Shown: one piece after another, positions 1 to 10,357 of the stretch
How positions within the stretch are numbered: the first letter of the stretch is position 1
How the letters are laid out: each line of letters starts with the position of its first letter
NCBI GenBank assembly: GCA_963702845.1
Contig: OY969763.1
Location: forward strand, 3,072,001 to 3,136,000
DNA from: an uncultured Verrucomicrobiae bacterium
GTDB lineage: Bacteria > Verrucomicrobiota > Verrucomicrobiia > Limisphaerales > Palsa-1400
Direction: 5' to 3'
Length of the DNA stretch: 64,000 bases
The notes under the pieces: model-generated
What the model was told of the DNA's origin: nothing
The model's input: the letters and a program-made list of their open reading frames with translations, nothing else
Databases searched by the model: none
Program-made: the position numbers and the translations under genes

Positions 1-3
1 ATC

Positions 4-456
4 ATGGTCGTCGGCAAGCGCAAATTCACCCCGCTATTGCCCTTCTTTGCCTTCCCGATCGTTATGATCGGATTCCCACATATCACCCACGTCAAAATCG
101 CCGGCGCGGAACTCGACACGGGCGACTTGGTTCAATCAAGTGAACAATTCAAGAAGGACCCCAACAACCCCGCTGCTGCCACCGCGTTCATTACCTCAAT
201 CGCACAAGTGCAGTACGCTGAAAAGATTGCACCCGAAACGACGATGTCGCCCGAAACAAAATCCAACCTGAACGCGACTGTCAATGCGGTCAACCGCCGG
301 AAGGACCTCACTCCAGAGGCACGCCTTGCCATCGTTCACGCCCAACTCTATTTGCGCGAGACCAACACAGCCTCCGTCACCCTCAATGCAGTCGTCAAAG
401 AAAAGCCAAACATCAAAGCAGCCCTGGCCCCACGCCTGACACGCCTTTTGAACTAG
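4..456 (+). CDS. Hypothetical membrane-anchored protein, possibly 5'-truncated by the window edge
   Basis: 150-aa ORF with a hydrophobic segment (LLPFFAFPIVMIGF) and helical C-terminus; frame is open to position 1; no family recognised. Confidence 0.55.
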   Translation: MVVGKRKFTPLLPFFAFPIVMIGFPHITHVKIAGAELDTGDLVQSSEQFKKDPNNPAAATAFITSIAQVQYAEKIAPETTMSPETKSNLNATVNAVNRRKDLTPEARLAIVHAQLYLRETNTASVTLNAVVKEKPNIKAALAPRLTRLLN

Positions 457-624
457 CCTCGGTTCAGCAGCCCAGCCCTGTCGGCGCATTGCCCAAATCA
501 ATTAACCGCAGCAGCCGACGTTAGGAGGCTCTAACAGCCGATCAAGACCTTTTCGCGTGTTTTGTGTGTTTCGAGGTTAAACTTTTCCATCCCAGCTTCT
601 AACTTCCAGCCATTTCTTCACCTG

Positions 625-652
625 TTGACAGACCGTGACTTTCTGTTAAGCT
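625..652 (+). promoter_or_regulatory. Sigma70-type promoter
   Basis: TTGACA (625-630), 16-nt spacer, TAAGCT (647-652) preceded by TGn (extended -10). Confidence 0.6.
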
Positions 653-676
653 TCTTCACGTCTATCTAGGTAGGCG

Positions 677-720
677 ACGGGCGCTGGAAAATATTCCCCA
701 GACCCGTTTTTCAGTTTTTT
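677..720 (+). terminator. Intrinsic terminator-like hairpin ~20 nt after the predicted transcription start
   Basis: ACGGG-cg-CTGG...CCAG-a-CCCGT stem followed by TTTTcagTTTTTT. Confidence 0.5.
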
Positions 721-752
721 GAAATATGAAATTTGCGATTTGAAATTTGAAT
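718..752. repeat. Degenerate heptamer tandem repeat (TTTGAAA)x5
   Basis: TTTGAAA TATGAAA TTTGCGA TTTGAAA TTTGAAT. Confidence 0.7.
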
Positions 753-998
753 TATGAACATCATGCCACCCGCCGCAGAAACGCGACCAAGCCGCGCCGA
801 CGCGCTTCAAAAGCGGACCAATCCGCACCTAAATAAAAATCCGCGCCACATTTTAGCCCTATCCCAACCGTATTCTCGCCGTATCGAAAATGCGCCCAAC
901 TACGTCGAAATACACCTAAATACACCTTTAGCGCTGACAAAAACATTGCAACCCGCGCCGTCGCCAATCATTTTCATCGGAAAGATTTACAAGCCAAC

Positions 999-2576
999 AT
1001 GTCACTCGAAATCAAATCCCCCATCCCATCGTCCGCGCAACACATCCTTAGCAACGACGCGATTCAGTTCATCGAAAAACTCGTCCGCGAATTCAGCCCG
1101 CGCCGCAAAGAACTCCTCGCCGCCCGCGTCGAACGCCAGAAACAACTCGACGCCGGTTTTCTCCCCGATTTCCTGCCGTCCACCAAACACATCCGCGACG
1201 ATCGCAGTTGGAAAGTCGCCTCCATCCCGAACGACCTTCAGGATCGCCGCACCGAAATCACCGGCCCGCTCGATCGCAAGATGATCATCAACGCTCTCAA
1301 CAGCGGCGCGAAAGTGTTCATGGCCGACAGCGAAGACGCCACCTCGCCGACTTGGGTGAACCAATTGCAAGGCCAGGTCAACCTCGCCGACGCCGTCCGT
1401 CGCAAAATCGATTTCGTAAGTCCAGAAGGCAAAAAATACGCGCTCAACGAAAAGATCGCGACCATGATGGTCCGCCCGCGCGGTTGGCATCTGCCCGAAA
1501 AGCACGTCCATTTCAACGGCGAGCCCATCTCCGGCAGCTTATTCGATTTCGGCCTCTACTTTTTCCATAACGCGCGCCATCTGCTCGAAAACGGTTCCGG
1601 CCCGTACTTCTACCTGCCGAAACTTGAAAGCCATCTCGAAGCCCGTCTTTGGAACGAAGTCTTCAACTTCGCGCAAGACCAACTCAAAATCCCACGCGGC
1701 AGCATTCGCGCCACCGTCCTGATCGAAACCATCGTCGGCGCATTCGAGACCGAAGAAATTCTCTACGAACTACGCGACCATTCCGCCGGCCTCAATTGCG
1801 GTCGTTGGGACTACATCTTCAGCTTCATCAAAAAGCTGCGCGCCCATCCTAAATTCATTTTGCCCGATCGCGCTCAAGTGACGATGACTGTTCCGTTCAT
1901 GCGCGCCTATTGCCTGCAAGTCATCCGCAACTGCCATCGTCGCGGCGCCCACGCTATGGGCGGAATGGCCGCGCAAATCCCGGTGAAGAACAATCCGCAA
2001 GCCAACGAAGAAGCGCTCGCCAAAGTTCTTGCCGACAAAGAACGCGAAGCCACCGACGGCCACGACGGCACCTGGGTTGCCCACCCTGCCCTCGTCCCGA
2101 TCGCACTTAAGGCCTTCGACAAACACATGCCGCAACCGAACCAGATCAGCAAACTGCGCGAAGACGTCAACGTCACCGCTGCTGACCTGCTCTCCGTTCC
2201 GAAAGGCACCGTCACCGAAGACGGCATTCGAGGAAACCTTCGCGTGGGAATTCAATATCTCGAAGCCTGGCTCGGCGGCCAAGGCTGCGTCCCGCTCTAC
2301 AATTTGATGGAAGACGCGGCCACCGCCGAAATCTCGCGGTCCCAAATTTGGCAATGGCTCCATTACAACGTCACGCTCGCCGATGGCCGCAATATGGATA
2401 GCGCTCTTTACGACCAGTTCCTCAAAGAAGAACTGGTCCGTATCGAAAAAGAAATCGGCAGTGAGCGATTCAAAAACGGCCACTTCGATCAAGCCGTGAA
2501 AATGTTCACTCAGTTATCGAAGAGCCAACAGCTCGAAGACTTTTTGACGCTGCCCGCCTACGAGCGTATTGATTAA
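999..2576 (+). CDS. aceB: Malate synthase A
   Basis: Motifs [76 protein letters not shown]; 525 aa. Confidence 0.97.
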   Translation: MSLEIKSPIPSSAQHILSNDAIQFIEKLVREFSPRRKELLAARVERQKQLDAGFLPDFLPSTKHIRDDRSWKVASIPNDLQDRRTEITGPLDRKMIINALNSGAKVFMADSEDATSPTWVNQLQGQVNLADAVRRKIDFVSPEGKKYALNEKIATMMVRPRGWHLPEKHVHFNGEPISGSLFDFGLYFFHNARHLLENGSGPYFYLPKLESHLEARLWNEVFNFAQDQLKIPRGSIRATVLIETIVGAFETEEILYELRDHSAGLNCGRWDYIFSFIKKLRAHPKFILPDRAQVTMTVPFMRAYCLQVIRNCHRRGAHAMGGMAAQIPVKNNPQANEEALAKVLADKEREATDGHDGTWVAHPALVPIALKAFDKHMPQPNQISKLREDVNVTAADLLSVPKGTVTEDGIRGNLRVGIQYLEAWLGGQGCVPLYNLMEDAATAEISRSQIWQWLHYNVTLADGRNMDSALYDQFLKEELVRIEKEIGSERFKNGHFDQAVKMFTQLSKSQQLEDFLTLPAYERID

Positions 2577-2592
2577 GTGACTACGATTGACA

Positions 2593-5500
2593 ATGGACAA
2601 ACCGATAATGACACCGGTGCCGGGCGAGCGCATGTTGCGCTTCGTCGGCGACCGCGTGCGCTTCAGTTTACGGTTGCCGCACGGTTTCCCAACCAACGGC
2701 CGCGCCCTCCTGCGTACCAATCTCGGCAAAGCTGATCGCACACGTCAGGAAATCATCAACACGCATGCGGGCAAAAATCCCATGTCCGTTGCTTTCTGGC
2801 GCGACATCCCACTGCAGCCACAAACCAATGGCGAGTGGGCCATAGAACTTCCGTTAACCGATGTCGGCTTTTTCCGCGCCAAGGCCTATCTCATCGACAA
2901 CCGCGGCATGCAAATTTGGCCGGACGGTCCCGATGCTGGTATCTCCGTCCATCCCGACATCTACCGGACGAACAATACGATTTATTGCGCGTTCGTCCGC
3001 ATGTTCGGCGAGAGCAAGACTGCGCGAAAAACAATCGACGAAACCCGCGACAAAGAATTGGCAAAGCTCGATGCGCAAGGCTACAGCGTCATTCCACCTT
3101 CTGGAAAACTGCGCGATGTCATCCGCGAACTACCGCACATCGTCGACAAACTCGGTTGCCGTATCCTCCATCTATTGCCGATCAATCCGACTCCGACAGT
3201 CTTCGCACGCATGGGCCGTTTCGGCAGTCCATACGCTTGTTTGGATTTGACGGCCATTGATCCCGAGTTGGTCGAGTTTGACGAACGCACCACCGGCATC
3301 GAACAATTTTGCGAACTCACCACTGCCGCGCACCGTCGCGGAGCGCGAGTCATTCTGGATTTCGTCATTAACCACACCGGCTGGGGCTCGACACTTTACG
3401 AAAATCATCCCGAATGGTTTTTACGCGAACCGGACGGTCGTTTTGCCAGTCCTGGCGCGTGGGGCGTCAAATGGGGCGACCTTGTCGAACTGGATCCAAA
3501 CCATGTCGAACTTTGGGACGTCCTCGCCGAAGCATTTCTGACCTGGTGCCGTCGCGGCGTTGACGGATTCCGCTGCGATGCCGGTTACAAAGTTCCCGTC
3601 CAAGTCTGGCAATATATAGAAGCGCGCGTGCGGCAGGAATATCCCGACACGTTGTTCCTGCTCGAAGGTTTGGGCGGGCCACTCGAATCGACGGAAAACC
3701 TGCTGACCAACGGCGGCATGCAGTGGGCCTACTCGGAACTGTTCCAAAACTATTCGCCTCAGGAAGTCGCGCATTACCTCGATTACAGCTTGCGCCAAAG
3801 CGAACGTGTCGGTGTTTACGTTCACTACAGCGAAACGCACGACAACAATCGCCTCGCCGCCGGTGGCGCTAAATGGTCTTTAATGCGCAATCGGCTTTCT
3901 GCCCTCGCGAGTGTCGCCGGTGGTTTTGGTTTTACGTGCGGCGTAGAATGGCTGGCCGACGAAAAGATCAATGTGCATTCCAGCCGCGGCATGTCGTGGG
4001 GCAGTGAAACGAATATCATCGACCAACTCGCCAACATCAATCGGTTGCTCGCTGAACATCCGTGCTTTTTCGACGGCGCACGCATCGAAAGAATCAGCGA
4101 CGAGACCTCTCCTGTTTTGGCACTGCGCCGCGATTCCGGCGAAGGGCTTGATCACGTTCTCGTGCTGGTCAACACCGACGCCAAACAAACTCACTCCGTC
4201 AAATTGGACGCAGCGGTTTTTCAAGAGCTCGGTTCGCCACGATTCGATTTACTTGGCCAAAAGACGCCGCTCATGGACTCGGGTGAAAAAGCCGTAACGA
4301 TTACCGTTAATGCCGGTGAAGCTTACTGCTTGTCGGCAACACGGACGCCTATCGGATTTAGCGGAAACGATTATCGCAAGACCAAGTCACAAGCGGCCTG
4401 GGCCATCAGTGCGTTGAGCAAAGTTTTACTGCCCGAAGATATCGGGCCTGACTCGTGGCGCGAACTGGCTCAACGCGTCGCCACAAACCCACGCGAATTT
4501 CTTGGATCAATTCATCATATTGACCGCCTGCATTCCCGCCGCGATCTCCTCGGCGCGCTCGACGCCGCGAAGGGGAAGTTTCCCGAAGTCGTCACGTGGA
4601 GCATGATCGATTCGCGGCGCATCACGCCAGTCCCGCCGAATCACTGGTTGCTGATCAAAGACTCGCGGCCATTTCGAGCAACGTTGAAGACTGCCGGCAC
4701 TGCCCGCCAGGAACACATCGAGTCAATTGAAGCGGGCAACGGTCACATTGCATTTTTCGCGCCGAGGAAGCTGAACGAATCCACGGATGCCGATCTTCAA
4801 TTGGAACGCTATGCGCTGACAACCGAACGAGTTTCTGGAACGGTGCGCTTTCTGGGGCTGCAACCCGTGGTGTCGTCGATAGTCCACAACGTGCCGGAAG
4901 ACGCGATGGTCTTACTGACGAATGGACGCGGTGGCATGGCGCGACTGTGTGTTGACCTTGGCAGGATTCGTTCGAAATACGATTGTGCACTCGCTGCGAA
5001 TCTCCACCCTGAGTTCCCGGTCGATCGCCACGTTTTCGCTAAACGTCTTCGCGTCTGGGTAAATGCGAATGGTTTTATCACAGCGTTGAATTCGCTCAAC
5101 ATGGTGAGCCTCGAAATCGGACCACCGGCCGTTTGGACTTTTTCGGCGGATGCGGGTGACGGGCGAACCGTCGAGATTCAGCTAACCGCCGATATGCTGG
5201 ACGACTACAACACGACCGTGTTCCGATTCGTTCGCCCGGCGGGTCAACCGACGGAACTTCCCGCGGAGTTTGACGTGCGTCTCACTGTGCGAGTGGATAT
5301 TGAAGACAGAAGTTTCCATTGGGAAACACGTCGCAATCCGGAATCTGAAAATCATTTCGCAACGAACTGTCACACGCTGGATGAACTCAGGGGTTTTGTG
5401 TTCACTCCGGACCAGACACGTCAACTGCGTGTCGTTGCGACCTCCGGCGTCTATCATCCTGAACCTGAATGGACCGAGCGCGTTCCTCATCCGGTGGAAG

Positions 5501-6909
5501 CTTCGCGCGGCCAAACAGGCGAAGGCGACGCGTATAGCCCGGGCTGGTTCGAGTTACCGTTGGCTCGCGGTCACAATGTTTCGGTGGTGCTTTCAGCTGA
5601 CATTCCACCCGCGAGCTTTGACCTGGTGGACGAAGTCTTCCCCGCACGACGAGTCACTAACAAACTCGCTCTCGAACGAGCTAAGTTGCTCGAGAGTGAC
5701 GCATTCGGCCGCCGCCTCGCGTTGGCAGCGCGCGCGTTCATCGTTCAACGCGGCGCCGGCGACACCGTCATTGCGGGATATCCTTGGTTCCTCGATTGGG
5801 GCCGCGACACCTTTATCAGCGCGCGCGGTATGCTCGCCGCAGGAATGGTCGCGGACGTCGCGGAGTTGCTCGTGGTGTTCGGCAAGTTCGAAGCAAACGG
5901 CACGATGCCGAATACGATCAATGGTGACAACGCATCGAACCGCGACACGTCCGATGCTCCGCTGTGGTATGGCGTGCTCTGCGAGGAAACTGCCGAGCAG
6001 ATGAATGAAAATCTGTACACGATTACTGTAGATTCACGCGGACGTCGGATCGTCGACGTGTTGCGCGATATCGCGGTCAATTACGCACGCGGAACTCCGA
6101 ACGGAATCCGCATGGATCCCGAATCAGGCCTCATATGGAGTCCCGCACATTTCACGTGGATGGACACCAATTATCCGGCATGCACACCGCGCGAAGGTTA
6201 CCCAATTGAAATTCAAGTGCTCTGGATTCGGCTGCTGCGCCTTTTGGAAGAACTAAACGCCGCGCCCCCGGGCGAACTATGGAGCGAGTTGGCCAATCGC
6301 GCTGAAGCTTCGCTGAAGAAATATTTCTGGCTCGATAAGGAAGGTTACATCTGCGACGTCCTGATCGCGCGCGCCGGTCAATCCGCATCGCAAGCAATCC
6401 CTGATAACGCACTGCGCGGCAATTTTCTGTTGGCGGTTGCGTTTGGATTCTTCACTGGTGAGCACGCACGTCGTGCCGTCGATGCGGCGGTCCGATATTT
6501 GATTGTGCCCGGCGGGTTACGCTCGCTTGCTCCCCTGCCCGTCTCGCCACCGCTCAACGTTGTTGGCAATAATGGCCAGCCCGTACTCAATCCGAACGAA
6601 CCGTACTCCGGCCGTTACGAAGGCGACGAAGACACACGTCGCAAACCTGCATATCACAACGGCACCGCGTGGACGTGGACATTACCGCTGCTTTGCGAAG
6701 CTCTGGTGAAGGCCTGGGATAATTCTCCAACGGCAGTCGCCGCTGCAAAAGCTTACCTCGCGAGCATGGACCACCTGCTGATGAGTGGCTGCCTCGGTCA
6801 GATTCCTGAAATTCTCGACGGCGACACACCGCACGCCGAACGCGGCTGCGACGCGCAGGCATGGGGCGTCCTGGAGGCACTGCGTGTTTGGAAACAACTC
6901 AACAGCTAA
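2593..6909 (+). CDS. Bifunctional glycogen debranching enzyme-like protein (GH13 alpha-amylase domain + amylo-alpha-1,6-glucosidase)
   Basis: GH13 motifs DFVINHT, GFRCDAG, LLEGLG, ETHDN; C-terminal GDE motifs IAGYPWFLDWGRDT, FTWMD, YHNGTAW, QIPEILDG, GCDAQAW. ATG at 2593 preferred over TTG at 2587. Confidence 0.9.
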   Translation: MDKPIMTPVPGERMLRFVGDRVRFSLRLPHGFPTNGRALLRTNLGKADRTRQEIINTHAGKNPMSVAFWRDIPLQPQTNGEWAIELPLTDVGFFRAKAYLIDNRGMQIWPDGPDAGISVHPDIYRTNNTIYCAFVRMFGESKTARKTIDETRDKELAKLDAQGYSVIPPSGKLRDVIRELPHIVDKLGCRILHLLPINPTPTVFARMGRFGSPYACLDLTAIDPELVEFDERTTGIEQFCELTTAAHRRGARVILDFVINHTGWGSTLYENHPEWFLREPDGRFASPGAWGVKWGDLVELDPNHVELWDVLAEAFLTWCRRGVDGFRCDAGYKVPVQVWQYIEARVRQEYPDTLFLLEGLGGPLESTENLLTNGGMQWAYSELFQNYSPQEVAHYLDYSLRQSERVGVYVHYSETHDNNRLAAGGAKWSLMRNRLSALASVAGGFGFTCGVEWLADEKINVHSSRGMSWGSETNIIDQLANINRLLAEHPCFFDGARIERISDETSPVLALRRDSGEGLDHVLVLVNTDAKQTHSVKLDAAVFQELGSPRFDLLGQKTPLMDSGEKAVTITVNAGEAYCLSATRTPIGFSGNDYRKTKSQAAWAISALSKVLLPEDIGPDSWRELAQRVATNPREFLGSIHHIDRLHSRRDLLGALDAAKGKFPEVVTWSMIDSRRITPVPPNHWLLIKDSRPFRATLKTAGTARQEHIESIEAGNGHIAFFAPRKLNESTDADLQLERYALTTERVSGTVRFLGLQPVVSSIVHNVPEDAMVLLTNGRGGMARLCVDLGRIRSKYDCALAANLHPEFPVDRHVFAKRLRVWVNANGFITALNSLNMVSLEIGPPAVWTFSADAGDGRTVEIQLTADMLDDYNTTVFRFVRPAGQPTELPAEFDVRLTVRVDIEDRSFHWETRRNPESENHFATNCHTLDELRGFVFTPDQTRQLRVVATSGVYHPEPEWTERVPHPVEASRGQTGEGDAYSPGWFELPLARGHNVSVVLSADIPPASFDLVDEVFPARRVTNKLALERAKLLESDAFGRRLALAARAFIVQRGAGDTVIAGYPWFLDWGRDTFISARGMLAAGMVADVAELLVVFGKFEANGTMPNTINGDNASNRDTSDAPLWYGVLCEETAEQMNENLYTITVDSRGRRIVDVLRDIAVNYARGTPNGIRMDPESGLIWSPAHFTWMDTNYPACTPREGYPIEIQVLWIRLLRLLEELNAAPPGELWSELANRAEASLKKYFWLDKEGYICDVLIARAGQSASQAIPDNALRGNFLLAVAFGFFTGEHARRAVDAAVRYLIVPGGLRSLAPLPVSPPLNVVGNNGQPVLNPNEPYSGRYEGDEDTRRKPAYHNGTAWTWTLPLLCEALVKAWDNSPTAVAAAKAYLASMDHLLMSGCLGQIPEILDGDTPHAERGCDAQAWGVLEALRVWKQLNS

Positions 6910-6921
6910 ATCGGAACTGAA

Positions 6922-8301
6922 ATGGATTTCATTCCCACAGAGCTGGAAACGATTTTCAGGGACACACCTGAACTGCAACACGCCTACCTCGTCGGCGGTT
7001 GTGTTCGCGATGGGTTGCTTGGAAATGTCGGTAAAGATTTCGATGTCGAAGTTTTCGGAGTCACTTACGAGCAATTGGCCCAGGCACTCTCGCGCTGGGG
7101 TCGGACCGATCTGGTTGGCCGTTCTTTCGGTGTCGTCAAATTGACTACCGGCGGCAATCACACCTACGACTTCACCATTCCACGCCGTGATTCCAAAGTC
7201 GCGCCCGGCCACAAGGGTTTCACCATCGAGTTCGACACTAACATTAGTTTGCGCGATGCCGCTGCGCGGCGCGATTTCACGATCAACTCGATCATGTACA
7301 ACCCGCGCTCGCGTGAGCTGTTGGATTTTTTCGGCGGCAAAGCGGATTTGGAAAAGCGTGTCCTACGGCACACCAGCGACGCGTTTGGTGAAGATCCGTT
7401 GCGCGTTCTTCGCGGCATGCAGTTCGTGGCGCGGTTCAATCTCGAACCAGCCGCTGAAACATTAACGCTGGCGCGCGCAATTTCTCATCACCACGGCCAA
7501 CTCGCTCCGGAACGCGTTCGCGAAGAGTGGTTCAAGTGGGCCGCCAAAAGCACCAGCCCTTCGGCTGGCTTGAGATTTCTCGTCGCGACTGACTGGATTG
7601 ATCATTACCCCGAACTCAAAGCCTGCATCACTACGCCTCAGGAACCGGCTTGGCATCCTGAAGGCGACGTTTTCGTGCATACCTGTCATTGCTGCGATGC
7701 ACTGGCCGAATTGCCACAGTGGCAACAAGAAGACGAACAGTCACGAATCGCGCACATGCTCGCGATTTTGGCTCACGATTTCGGCAAACCGCAAACAACG
7801 CGCCGTGAAATGAAAGATGGCGTCATGCGCATCACTTCGCCAGGCCATGACGAAATCGGCGCTGATCTCGCGAAATCATTCATGGATCGCATCAATGTGC
7901 CGCTCGCGATTCAGCAACGCGTCGTCCCGCTCGTGCGCAGTCATCTTTTTCACTTCAACACCATTACCGATCGCGGCGTGAGACGTTTAGCAAAGCGTCT
8001 CGAACCGGAGAACATTGAGTCGCTCGCGCTGATTATGACGGCGGACAGTTTGGGACGACCACCGCGTCCACCACAGGTGCCGGAGCATGTAACCGAGTTG
8101 TTGGAAAAAGCGCATGAATTACAGGTTCGCAAACAACCAGCACCACCGATCCTGATGGGACGACATTTGATTGAATTGGGAATGCAACCAGGTTCAAAAT
8201 TTGGGGAGATTCTCCACGCCGGTTACGAGGCGCAGCTGGAAGGAACGTTTTTTGATTTACCGGGAGCCTTGGAATGGCTGAAAACGTATCGCGCCACGTA
8301 G
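6922..8301 (+). CDS. cca: Multifunctional CCA tRNA nucleotidyltransferase with HD domain
   Basis: YLVGGCVRD, DFDVE, RRDFTINS, EDPLRVLR, ERVREE, HPEGDV, HDFGK. Poly(A) polymerase or CC-/A-adding specificity cannot be excluded. Confidence 0.8.
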   Translation: MDFIPTELETIFRDTPELQHAYLVGGCVRDGLLGNVGKDFDVEVFGVTYEQLAQALSRWGRTDLVGRSFGVVKLTTGGNHTYDFTIPRRDSKVAPGHKGFTIEFDTNISLRDAAARRDFTINSIMYNPRSRELLDFFGGKADLEKRVLRHTSDAFGEDPLRVLRGMQFVARFNLEPAAETLTLARAISHHHGQLAPERVREEWFKWAAKSTSPSAGLRFLVATDWIDHYPELKACITTPQEPAWHPEGDVFVHTCHCCDALAELPQWQQEDEQSRIAHMLAILAHDFGKPQTTRREMKDGVMRITSPGHDEIGADLAKSFMDRINVPLAIQQRVVPLVRSHLFHFNTITDRGVRRLAKRLEPENIESLALIMTADSLGRPPRPPQVPEHVTELLEKAHELQVRKQPAPPILMGRHLIELGMQPGSKFGEILHAGYEAQLEGTFFDLPGALEWLKTYRAT

Positions 8302-8324
8302 GATTTGAGATCGGCAAATCGCCA

Positions 8325-8780
8325 TCAGCTCAGCATGCGTTCGTAAATCTGATAATCGCTCCGCTTCATCCCGAGCCATTCGTAGGCCTTTTGCGCAGTC
8401 GCGTTGTCACCCTCAACATAGAGGCGAACACCGCAGACATTTCCTGCCTTTTTGGCTTCAGTCACGACGTGCGCGTAAAGCGATTTGAAAACTCCCTTGC
8501 CGCGCGCGGACTTATCCACGTAGACACTTTGCAACCACCAGAAGTTGCGGTTGCGCCAGTCGCTCCACTCATACGTGATCAGCACCTGGCCGACGAGGTC
8601 TTCACCGAGTTCCGCAACAAAATAAGTCCCTTTGGCTGGATCGCGGACCAAAGCTTCGACACCGGCGCGAACGGTTGCCGGATCGAGGCGAATGTCTTCA
8701 GTCTCATGAGCCAGGAACGCATTGAAATCGGCAATGATTTCAACGTCCCGCAGTTCAGCTTTTCGGATAATGGTATTGAT
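8325..8780 (-). CDS. GNAT family N-acetyltransferase
   Basis: TYEWSDWRN, LQSVYV, RGKGVF, RLYVEGDNATAQKAY. The frame extends upstream of the ORF-track TTG (8651) to INTIIRKAELRD, starting at an ATC codon (8780). Confidence 0.85.
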   Translation of the reverse strand: MNTIIRKAELRDVEIIADFNAFLAHETEDIRLDPATVRAGVEALVRDPAKGTYFVAELGEDLVGQVLITYEWSDWRNRNFWWLQSVYVDKSARGKGVFKSLYAHVVTEAKKAGNVCGVRLYVEGDNATAQKAYEWLGMKRSDYQIYERMLS

Positions 8781-8967
8781 GAGATCAGAATACTTGCGCG
8801 AGACTCCAAATCAATCTTTGACGCAACCGCGAGCGCACATAGGTTTGCGTGGGATAAAAGGGAAAAGCGTTTGCGGCTGAACCGCCCTCGTTTCCAGCAT
8901 AAGTGTCTGGAGCGACTCACAGGATGCTCAATGCCGCAAACGCATTTTTTTTCAGGTGCGCGAACTC

Positions 8968-8998
8968 ACTTGGACAATGGATGTCCAGGTAGTAGGAT
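8968..8998 (+). promoter_or_regulatory. Promoter of the WYL gene overlapped by an inverted-repeat operator
   Basis: ACTTGGACA-atgga-TGTCCAGGT (8/9 inverted repeat); TGGACA-N16-TAGGAT promoter geometry; ATG 8 nt downstream. Confidence 0.6.
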
Positions 8999-9006
8999 TG
9001 CGCGCG

Positions 9007-9999
9007 ATGAAGACCGCTTCAGGCAAAAACAATCCACTTTCGCGTGCGCCGTTGGAACGCATGCTGCGGATTCATCAGGCCCTTCAAGCTGCTGATTACC
9101 CGAACGCCAATAAACTGGCGGAATTGATCGAGGTCAGCGCCAAGTCCATTCATCGCGATTTGGAGTTCATGCGCGACCGACTCGGGTTGCCGCTCGCCTA
9201 CTGTTTTGATCACCGGGGATACTATTACACGCAGGAGGTCAGCAGCTTTCCCACGTTGCAGATCACCGAAGGCGAATTGTTTGCCCTGCTCGTCGCGGAA
9301 AAAGCGCTCCAGCAATATCGCGGAACAACATTTGAAAAACCGCTGGTGAGCGCGTTTCGCAAAATGTCGGCATCGTTACCCGACACGATTTCGCTGAGCG
9401 TCGCTGACTGGGAACAGACCATTTCCTTCCGCACGCGCGCCGAGCCCCTGCTTAATCTGGAAATTTTTGACGTGCTCGCAAAAGCCGCTGCACAACGCAA
9501 GCAACTGAAGTTGATTTATCGCAAACCCGGCCAGCGCGAAACCGAATCGCGCATCGTCGACCCATATCATCTGGCAAACATTAACGGTGAATGGTTCATG
9601 TTTGCCTGGTGTCACTTGCGCAAAGCCATTCGAACATTTGCTCCGGCACGAATCAAATCAGTTGAAGAAACCGGCAAAACGTTCGTGCGTCCGCTAAAGT
9701 TTTCACTCGATAAACGATTGCGCGATAGTTTCGGCGTTCGTTCGGGCAACGAACAATTCAAAGTCGTGATTCGTTTCAATGAAATCGTGGCCGACTACAT
9801 TCGCGAAAAAAAGTGGCATGATTCGCAGCAACTGAAGGAACTCGTTGACGGCGGGGTTGAACTGACCCTGACGCTGTCGAGCCTTGTCGAAGTAGAACGT
9901 TGGGTCCTGAGCTGGGCAGGCAACGCCAAGGTTATTCAACCGATCGCATTGCGCAAAACCGTCAAGGTCGCTGCGCAAAGGATCATCGACGCAGCTTAA
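9007..9999 (+). CDS. WYL-domain transcriptional regulator (HTH + WYL + WCX)
   Basis: N-terminal [51 protein letters not shown]-terminal [19 protein letters not shown]. Confidence 0.92.
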   Translation: MKTASGKNNPLSRAPLERMLRIHQALQAADYPNANKLAELIEVSAKSIHRDLEFMRDRLGLPLAYCFDHRGYYYTQEVSSFPTLQITEGELFALLVAEKALQQYRGTTFEKPLVSAFRKMSASLPDTISLSVADWEQTISFRTRAEPLLNLEIFDVLAKAAAQRKQLKLIYRKPGQRETESRIVDPYHLANINGEWFMFAWCHLRKAIRTFAPARIKSVEETGKTFVRPLKFSLDKRLRDSFGVRSGNEQFKVVIRFNEIVADYIREKKWHDSQQLKELVDGGVELTLTLSSLVEVERWVLSWAGNAKVIQPIALRKTVKVAAQRIIDAA

Positions 10000-10349
10000 C
10001 CTCGATAGATGCATCGCGCCGTACACGTCTCGGCGACGACAACTTCCGTCAGCAGCGGTAGCTTTGGCTTGAGCTGTTTCCAAATCCAAATCGCTACGTT
10101 TTCACTGGTCGGATTTTCAAGGCCGGGGACTTCGTTCAAGTAGTAATGGTCGAGCTTTTCCCAGATCGGTTTGAACGCGTCGCTCATGTCGGCGTAGTCC
10201 ATGACCCATCCCAATTTCTCGTCGCAGGGGCCGTTGACGGCGATTTCGACTTTGAAACTGTGCCCGTGCAACCGACGACATTTATGCGCGACGGGCAGAT
10301 TTGGCAGGAGGTGTGCGGCTTCGAACTGAAATGTTTTTCTGAGTTCCAT
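9996..10349 (-). CDS. queD: 6-carboxytetrahydropterin synthase
   Basis: [46 protein letters not shown]; stop codon overlaps the WYL stop (TTAA at 9996-9999). Confidence 0.95.
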   Translation of the reverse strand: MELRKTFQFEAAHLLPNLPVAHKCRRLHGHSFKVEIAVNGPCDEKLGWVMDYADMSDAFKPIWEKLDHYYLNEVPGLENPTSENVAIWIWKQLKPKLPLLTEVVVAETCTARCIYRG

Positions 10350-10357
10350 GAGTAAGG

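Noticed and set aside
508..530. REP-like GCAGCAGCCGACGTTAGGAGGCT hairpin
   Set aside because: Single copy in the window; repeat status cannot be supported from this sequence alone.
754..1284. 176-aa ORF overlapping the start of aceB
   Set aside because: Runs out of frame through aceB and crosses repeat-rich intergenic DNA; no family motifs.
8274..9095. 273-aa plus-strand ORF
   Set aside because: Antisense shadow of the GNAT gene, overlapping cca and the WYL gene.
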